64,000 bases of DNA from Deltaproteobacteria bacterium (lineage in GTDB: Bacteria; Myxococcota_A; Polyangia; Polyangiales; Houyiibacteriaceae): positions 32,001 through 96,000 of the forward strand of contig JAXMNT010000001.1 in the NCBI GenBank assembly GCA_034670305.1, given 5' to 3'. The notes under the pieces are model-generated. The model saw only the letters and a program-made list of their open reading frames with translations. It did no database searches and had not been told where the DNA came from. Positions 58,790-64,000 of this stretch are shown in pieces (the stretch's first letter is position 1; each line of letters starts with the position of its first letter). Made by a program: the position numbers and the translations under genes.

Positions 58790-58821
58790 GTCTTCTGGAA
58801 GATCCGCCGAAGCGGACCGAC

Positions 58822-58850
58822 GTTCTGTATCCGAGGAAGGGCACTGTCAA
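58822..58850 (-). promoter_or_regulatory. Possible sigma70 promoter of tRNA-Ala
   Basis: Perfect TTGACA at 58850-58845; the -10 element is poor. Confidence 0.35.
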
Positions 58851-58950
58851 GCGCCGAGACCCGTCAAACTGGCCACCAATCGTGTGCCGGCGCCCGCGCT
58901 GCCGCTCGATCCGAGTCCGGATGACCTTTCTCCGGGACGTGCACCGGTTG

Positions 58951-58996
58951 GGGCCGCCAGTCTCGCGAAGCAGGCCGCCAGTCTCGCGAAGCGAGC
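58951..58996 (+). repeat. Two tandem REP-like GGCCGCCAGTCTCGCGAAGC units
   Basis: Same motif as at 55049, 63684 and 63971. Confidence 0.78.
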
Positions 58997-59075
58997 GCAG
59001 TGGCAGTAGAAAAGAAAACGGCCCCGCGGGCGGTTGCTCGCAGGGCCAGTTCTCATCCGAATCCGGGCTGCCGGA

Positions 59076-59957
59076 TCAGGTCTCCGGTTCGGGCTCGCCG
59101 CAGAAGCCCGGAGGCGTCGGGGTCCGCACGCTGCCGCCGTCGTCCGGCTCGAACGCGATGCATTCGTCCGGGTCGGTGCACATGAACGTCTCCGGGTCCG
59201 GCTCGGCACTCGCGTCGCAGAACTCCTGGCAGGACGCGGTCATGTCGCCGTTGTCCGTGCAACGGAGTCCGGGGGCGCACTGGTCGATGAACATGCAGGG
59301 CGAGCCCGACAGGCCGTCTTCGCCCTCGAGCGGGGTCCACTCGAAGCAGTCGCCGACGATGTCGCCGCTCGTCGAACCGAGCACGTAGCAAGCCTCGTCC
59401 GGGGCGCAGCCGGTCTGCTGGACGGGGTCGCAGTTCTCGGCGGTCTGGCAGAAGCCGAACTCGGGTTCGGAGTTCGCGAGCAAGCAGATGCCGTCGGTGC
59501 CACAGTCGGTCACGCCGCTCTCACACATCTGGGTGCAGACCGCGCGGCCCGCGTCGTTGGCGGTGCAGAAGAAGCCCTGGTCGCAGTTGTCGATCTGCGT
59601 CTGGATGCGTCCTTCGACCTCGATGTCCGAGCGGCGGCAGCGCACGCCTTCGTCGGCCCAGGCGGTTCCGTCCACGCACTCGTAGAAGACCTCGAGGAAC
59701 TCGCCGTCCGCGTCGAACTCGATGGCGACCGCGCACTTGGCGTCTGGACCACAGCTGTCCGGGGTGAACGGACTGCACGCCGGGGGCGGTCCTGCATCCG
59801 TGCCGGCGTCCACCGGCGGTGTGAACGCGTCCACGCCCGCATCGGTGCCGCCATCGGACCCACCCGTGTCGCCGCCGCCCGCGTCCACCATCGTCATCGC
59901 GTCGTCGTCGCCACAAGCGAGTCCGAACGCCAAAGCCACAATCATCATCCCACGCAT
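59076..59957 (-). CDS. Cys-rich lipoprotein
   Basis: [19 protein letters not shown]; two internal repeats beginning CSPFTPDSCGPDAKC and CDPVQQTGCAPDEAC. Confidence 0.8.
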   Translation of the reverse strand: MRGMMIVALAFGLACGDDDAMTMVDAGGGDTGGSDGGTDAGVDAFTPPVDAGTDAGPPPACSPFTPDSCGPDAKCAVAIEFDADGEFLEVFYECVDGTAWADEGVRCRRSDIEVEGRIQTQIDNCDQGFFCTANDAGRAVCTQMCESGVTDCGTDGICLLANSEPEFGFCQTAENCDPVQQTGCAPDEACYVLGSTSGDIVGDCFEWTPLEGEDGLSGSPCMFIDQCAPGLRCTDNGDMTASCQEFCDASAEPDPETFMCTDPDECIAFEPDDGGSVRTPTPPGFCGEPEPET

Positions 59958-60047
59958 GTCATGTACTCCCCAAAGTCGAGCCGATCTGCCCAGGCTAGCA
60001 GCACCGCCATCGAGGGCAACCACCGCCCCTGTACGCTCCTTGCGCGT

Positions 60048-61178
60048 TCAGCGCACTTCGTGGGGCGGGGCGTGCACGATGCTGACGAAGCGGTCTCCGA
60101 CCCGGACGCCCACCGCGGCGAGCACCCGGCCGCCCTGAGCGCACTGGAAGACCTGCTCGCCTTGAAGCGCGACGGCGACCTCACGTTCGTCCCGCTGAAT
60201 GCCGGTCTTGGACTCGGTGATCACGATGCCCCGAAGCATCAGCGGGGCGGGCATGCCGCGCCCCACCCCGGCGAGCTCGCGCGCGCGACCAAGCCGCTCT
60301 CGACCCACCCGCCAAGCCACGAGCGCGCGACCATTGCCGAGCGGCACGCAGACGCATTCGGCTTCCCCTGGCTCGCCCTCGTCGTCCTCGGTTTCGCCGA
60401 TGGCGGGCAGCCCCGCCTTCTCCCGCACTTGCTGCGCTTCTTGCCGCAGCTCGGTGTCGCCCGGCGTCTCCGCCACGAGCTTCCGGTAGATCGCGGCGGC
60501 GCGGGCGGCGAAGCCTTGCTGCGCCAGGATCCGAGCCATCGTGCGGGTCTGGATCGGTTCGCCGACGAGCGCCTCGATGATGCTGTCGGAAGCGGGCGCT
60601 GGGGCGGGCGCGGAAGCGGAAGCGGAAGCGGAAGCGGAAGCGGAAGCGGAAGCGGAAGCGGAAGCGGAAGCGGAAGCGGAAGCGGAATCCGAAGCCGAGG
60701 CCGATCCCGAAGGCGAATCCGAAGCCGAAGCCGAAGCCGAATCCGAAGCCGAATCCGAAGCCGAATCCGAAGCCGAAGCCGAAGCCGAATCCGAAGCCGA
60801 AGCCGAATCCGAATCCGAAGCCGAAGCCGAAGCCGATGCCGAATCCGATGCCGAATCCGAAGCCGAATCCGAAGCCGAATCCGATGCCGAAGCCGATGCG
60901 GAATCCGATGCCTTCGGCGGGATCGTCTCGAGTTTCGGTGGGGGGGAGGGGGTGGGACGCGGTGGGGGGAGGGCGACGACGCCGGTCAGGGTCTTGGCGA
61001 TGCCGAAGAGGCCGCGGAGGGCTTTGCGGGCGCGGCGGAGAGGGCTGGTTTGGGTGTGGTCGCGGATGCGCTGCTCGACTTGCCACCGTTCCATGCGTTC
61101 GGGACGGCGCACGCCGAGGCGCCGGGCTTCGCGGTCCAGGTCCTGTCGAGCCATCGTTCGCAGTCGCTCTAGATCCAC
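60048..61178 (-). CDS. Hypothetical protein (Rho_N-like N-terminus, (AS/DS)n linker, TPR-like motif)
   Basis: GTG at 61178 overlapping the ribF end; [38 protein letters not shown]...AAAIYRKL. Confidence 0.62.
   Translation of the reverse strand: MDLERLRTMARQDLDREARRLGVRRPERMERWQVEQRIRDHTQTSPLRRARKALRGLFGIAKTLTGVVALPPPRPTPSPPPKLETIPPKASDSASASASDSASDSASDSASDSASASASASDSDSASASDSASASASDSASDSASDSASASASDSPSGSASASDSASASASASASASASASASASASASAPAPAPASDSIIEALVGEPIQTRTMARILAQQGFAARAAAIYRKLVAETPGDTELRQEAQQVREKAGLPAIGETEDDEGEPGEAECVCVPLGNGRALVAWRVGRERLGRARELAGVGRGMPAPLMLRGIVITESKTGIQRDEREVAVALQGEQVFQCAQGGRVLAAVGVRVGDRFVSIVHAPPHEVR
60610..60912 (+). repeat. Hexamer tract (GCGGAA)13 then (GCCGAA/TCCGAA/GCCGAT)n inside a minus-strand CDS
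   Basis: Directly visible; read as (AS/DS)n. Confidence 0.9.
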
Positions 61179-62083
61179 AGGGCCCTCTCGTCCTGATTCA
61201 TACCCGCCAACGCCTCTCGTCCCGCGGCGACGTCGCGGGAGAGCTGGGCACGCAGGGCATCGAGGCCATCGAACTTCTGTTCGCCGCGGAGCCGTGCCAC
61301 GAACGCGACCCTCAACTCGGTTCCATAGAGGTCGCCCTCGAAGTCGAGCAGGTGCACTTCCACGGAGCGACCCGCCTCGAAGGTCGGCCGCACCCCGAGG
61401 TTGGCAACGCCGCTGACGCGGGCTCCGGATTGGGTTTTGGTGAGCACCGCATACACACCGTCGCACGGCGCCGTGTCTGGGGTCGCCAAATTGGCGGTGG
61501 GAAAGCCGATCGTCCGCCCCCGTTGGTCGCCCTTCACCACGGTTCCCGTCACGTCGTGAAAGCGGGCGAGCAGCACACTCGCGGCCGCGACCTCCCCGGC
61601 TTCGATGTGGGCTCGGATCCTGGTGCTCGAGACCAGGTCGTCCCCATGGTGCACCGGGTCCACGATCAGGACATCGAACCCGTGCGCTTTCGCCAGTTCG
61701 CGCAGCACCTCGACGTCGCCTTCGCGGCCGGCGCCAAATCGAAAGTCGTCTCCCACGACCACGGTGTGGGCGCGGTGTTCGTCGACCAGGATCTTGGAGA
61801 CGAACGCCTCGGGGCTCTGCTGGGCGAACGATTCGTCGAATGTCCGAATGTCCACTTGGTCGATCCCGCACCTGCGCAGCAGGTCTGCGCGCCGCGCCGG
61901 CGAAGTCAGCAGACGGGGGGCGCGGTCGGGCGCCATGACAGCGGTCGGGTGGGGGTCGAAGAACATGGCGACCGAGCGCGGCGCCGAACCGGCTCGGTCG
62001 CGGGCGCTCAGTGCGGCGTGCACGAGCGCACGGTGGCCGAGATGGACTCCGTCGAAGTTGCCGAGGGTGACTGCGGACCGCAT
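61169..62083 (-). CDS. ribF: Bifunctional riboflavin kinase/FAD synthetase
   Basis: [64 protein letters not shown]. Confidence 0.96.
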   Translation of the reverse strand: MRSAVTLGNFDGVHLGHRALVHAALSARDRAGSAPRSVAMFFDPHPTAVMAPDRAPRLLTSPARRADLLRRCGIDQVDIRTFDESFAQQSPEAFVSKILVDEHRAHTVVVGDDFRFGAGREGDVEVLRELAKAHGFDVLIVDPVHHGDDLVSSTRIRAHIEAGEVAAASVLLARFHDVTGTVVKGDQRGRTIGFPTANLATPDTAPCDGVYAVLTKTQSGARVSGVANLGVRPTFEAGRSVEVHLLDFEGDLYGTELRVAFVARLRGEQKFDGLDALRAQLSRDVAAGREALAGMNQDERALWI

Positions 62084-62197
62084 CCGGTGCGCAGTGTCCC
62101 GGATTCAAGCGGAACCCTCAACGGTTCTTCACGGCGGCTGGGCCTCTGGCTGCAGCAACACGCGCAACTCGGGGCGCCGCGGGACGAAGACGGCCGC

Positions 62198-62557
62198 ATG
62201 GTTCGTCTCCTCGTGGTGGTTTGGGTGGTCGCTGGATGCGCGGGGAGCGCGCTTCCACGGGTTCGAGTGCAGGGTCGGCTGATGCGGGGGGCGCGCGCTT
62301 CGATGTCGACGGGCATGGCACGAGATCAACGCAGTTGGTCCGGCGCGCTTCTGGCCACCGCGGCCTGGTCGCCCACCCACGCACCGCGTTCGTTGCCCGA
62401 ACCCATCCGACTGCCCGCGCGCACGTTGGCGCGCAGCCGACTCGGGTGTCGGAGCCCGTCGTTGTGCGTCTGGGAGGGGCGTGCGGTGCGTACTGCGCTC
62501 GACCGCTACACCCGGAGCTCCGAGCAGGGCGCATCGAACCGGAGGGCGGACCGATGA
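62198..62557 (+). CDS. Small hypothetical lipoprotein
   Basis: [14 protein letters not shown] lipobox; ATGA-coupled to the next gene. Confidence 0.55.
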   Translation: MVRLLVVVWVVAGCAGSALPRVRVQGRLMRGARASMSTGMARDQRSWSGALLATAAWSPTHAPRSLPEPIRLPARTLARSRLGCRSPSLCVWEGRAVRTALDRYTRSSEQGASNRRADR

Positions 62558-63183
62558 GGGGTTCTTCGCGCGGGTGGGGTGCGCTCGCCGTCCTCGTCGG
62601 AGTGATGGCGAGCGTTCGAGGACTTGCGCAGCCACCGGTCGAGGAAGTGCCCGATCCGATCGACGCGGTGCGCATCGCGGAGGCCCTCGAGCGGTACGCA
62701 CTCGAGCCCCGGGTCGACGAACTGCTCGCTGCGCTCGACGACCACCCTGGACTCGACCTGCGCGCCGCTCGAAGACTCGCCCGTCGTTCGAGGCGGGGAG
62801 GGTGGTTGCCCCAGGTGCGGCTCGGCGTGCGTCGCGGCCAACAACGCGACCTGACGACGCAGCTCGTCGACGAAGACTCGACGCGGCTCTCGGCCGACGA
62901 CGATCTGACGCTCGAAGCCACCCTCACCCTCAGACTCGACCGCGCCGCCTACGGAGAAGACGAACTCTCCACGCTGCGCGAAGTCCGTCAGCGCGCGGTG
63001 CTCCGAGACGACCGCGCTCAGCTGCTCATCGCGTTCTACTTCGAGCGCCGCCGCCTCCAGCTGGAACGCGACTTACTCGACCAACACGACGTCGCCACCG
63101 AGCTGCGCATCCACGAACTGCAGGCGATGCTCGACGCCCTCACCCGAGGCGCCTTCACCAGAATCCAACAACGCCGCCACTAG
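62554..63183 (+). CDS. Exported protein resembling a single outer-membrane-efflux (TolC-like) repeat
   Basis: Signal peptide; [58 protein letters not shown]. Confidence 0.55.
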   Translation: MRGSSRGWGALAVLVGVMASVRGLAQPPVEEVPDPIDAVRIAEALERYALEPRVDELLAALDDHPGLDLRAARRLARRSRRGGWLPQVRLGVRRGQQRDLTTQLVDEDSTRLSADDDLTLEATLTLRLDRAAYGEDELSTLREVRQRAVLRDDRAQLLIAFYFERRRLQLERDLLDQHDVATELRIHELQAMLDALTRGAFTRIQQRRH

Positions 63184-63684
63184 CAGGTCGCTGAAAAGCG
63201 ACCTGCTCCCTTGCCGTTGCCCTTGCCCGTGCCCTTGCCCGCGTCGTGGACGCCGTGTGTTTCGCGACGGCGAGGCCGCGAATCGGAGCCCGATGCCCGG
63301 GGCTCCGCGATCGGGGTCGTCTCCTGGCTCGAAATCACGGACCGTCGGGCCGAGGCATCGAGGCCCGATATTCGACGCGGCGCAGCCGAGCGAAGCGAGC
63401 AAGCCGTGTCACCGAGACGGGGTTTGGGGGCTGTGCCCCCAAGAATATTCGACAGCGTGCAGCCTCGCGAAGCGAGCCAGCGGCGTCACCGGGACGGGGT
63501 TTGGGGGCTGTGCCCCCAAGAAACATCGAACGGGCTCTCGCCCACCTTGAGCAGGTCGTCGCGACACTCGTCGCGCTGATCAAGCGATCTGACCGCTGAT
63601 GCGCGGGCAAGGGCAAAGGCAAGGGCAGGGGCAAGGGGCAGGCTGCGAGAACGCCCTGCGGGCGTTCTTCAGCAGCCTGCATAG
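63180..63684 (+). mobile_element. MITE-like non-autonomous element, about 500 bp
   Basis: Imperfect TIRs CTAGCAGGTCGCTGAAAA / TTCTTCAGCAGCCTGCATAG, subterminal (CCCTTG)n / (GGGCAA)n, internal 77-bp tandem duplication (63368-63521), second shorter copy at 48708-48935, no credible ORF. Confidence 0.7.
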
Positions 63685-64000
63685 GGCCGCCAGTCTCGCG
63701 AAGCGAGCCAGGCCCGAACAGCGCCCACGAGTCAGGCGACTCGCTGACGTGCACCTGCGCAGGCCGAAGGCCGAGCAACTGGTGCACTCCCCCCAAGTGC
63801 GTCGTAGAGGTGGCAGGAGTGCATCGACCGCGCGCAGCCGCCAAGTGCCCCGGATGAATCTTCAGTGATGGCCACACCAGGCGGCGAGCACGTCGATGTG
63901 CCCAGGTGGGGAGGAGGCTGCAGGCCGGAGGGGGAACCCTTCCCCCTCAGAAACAACGGACGCCGAATTAGGGCCGCCAGTCGAGCGAAGCGAGCCAGGC
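63682..64000 (+). repeat. Two REP-like repeats flanking a hairpin-rich non-coding segment (runs off the window)
   Basis: TAGGGCCGCCAGTC(TC/GA)GCGAAGCGAGCCAGGC at 63682 and 63969. Confidence 0.7.

Noticed and set aside
59034-62197. Long plus-strand ORFs 59034-61172 and the 5' part of 60836-62557
   Set aside because: Antisense to the lipoprotein, the hypothetical gene and ribF; only 62198-62557 has a credible signal peptide.
63211-63956. Short ORFs in the terminal repeat region as a transposase
   Set aside because: No DDE or HUH motifs; they merely translate the repeats.

Overview
GC-rich bacterial chromosomal window, most likely from a Myxococcota (Polyangia/Sandaracinaceae-like) genome. That assignment is inferred from MYXO-CTERM proteins, Cys-rich and MopE-like lipoproteins, PEGA/TPR proteins, Ser/Thr kinases and an AgmX/PglI C-terminal domain. 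About 50 real CDSs are present; most other ORFs in the track are high-GC antisense or alternate-frame shadows. Housekeeping genes include tolB, a ppiD-like gene, rplU-rpmA, ribF, tRNA-Ala(GGC) and a 5'-nucleotidase. The left edge cuts a PfaD-type enoyl reductase that the ORF track misses, probably the start of a PUFA-synthase cluster. The most notable items are: (1) a compact five-gene redox operon (Rieske + FMN glutamate-synthase-type domain, two tiny membrane proteins, an MsrQ/ferric-reductase-like heme-b protein fused to a Rieske domain, and a membrane-anchored Cys-motif protein); (2) a lipoprotein/PDZ protein fused to an apparently degenerate NuoH-like membrane domain; (3) several dispersed repeat families: polarised GCGGAA>GCCGAA hexamer tracts (intergenic, and in-frame in genes in both orientations), a 21-bp tandem family, a MITE-like element whose ends overlap TAG stop codons, and GCGAAGC mini-hairpin REP-like repeats; (4) a candidate structured RNA at about 43.44-43.59 kb. 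No CRISPR array, rRNA, integrase or transposase was seen. All functional calls come from motif recognition by eye, with no database searches.
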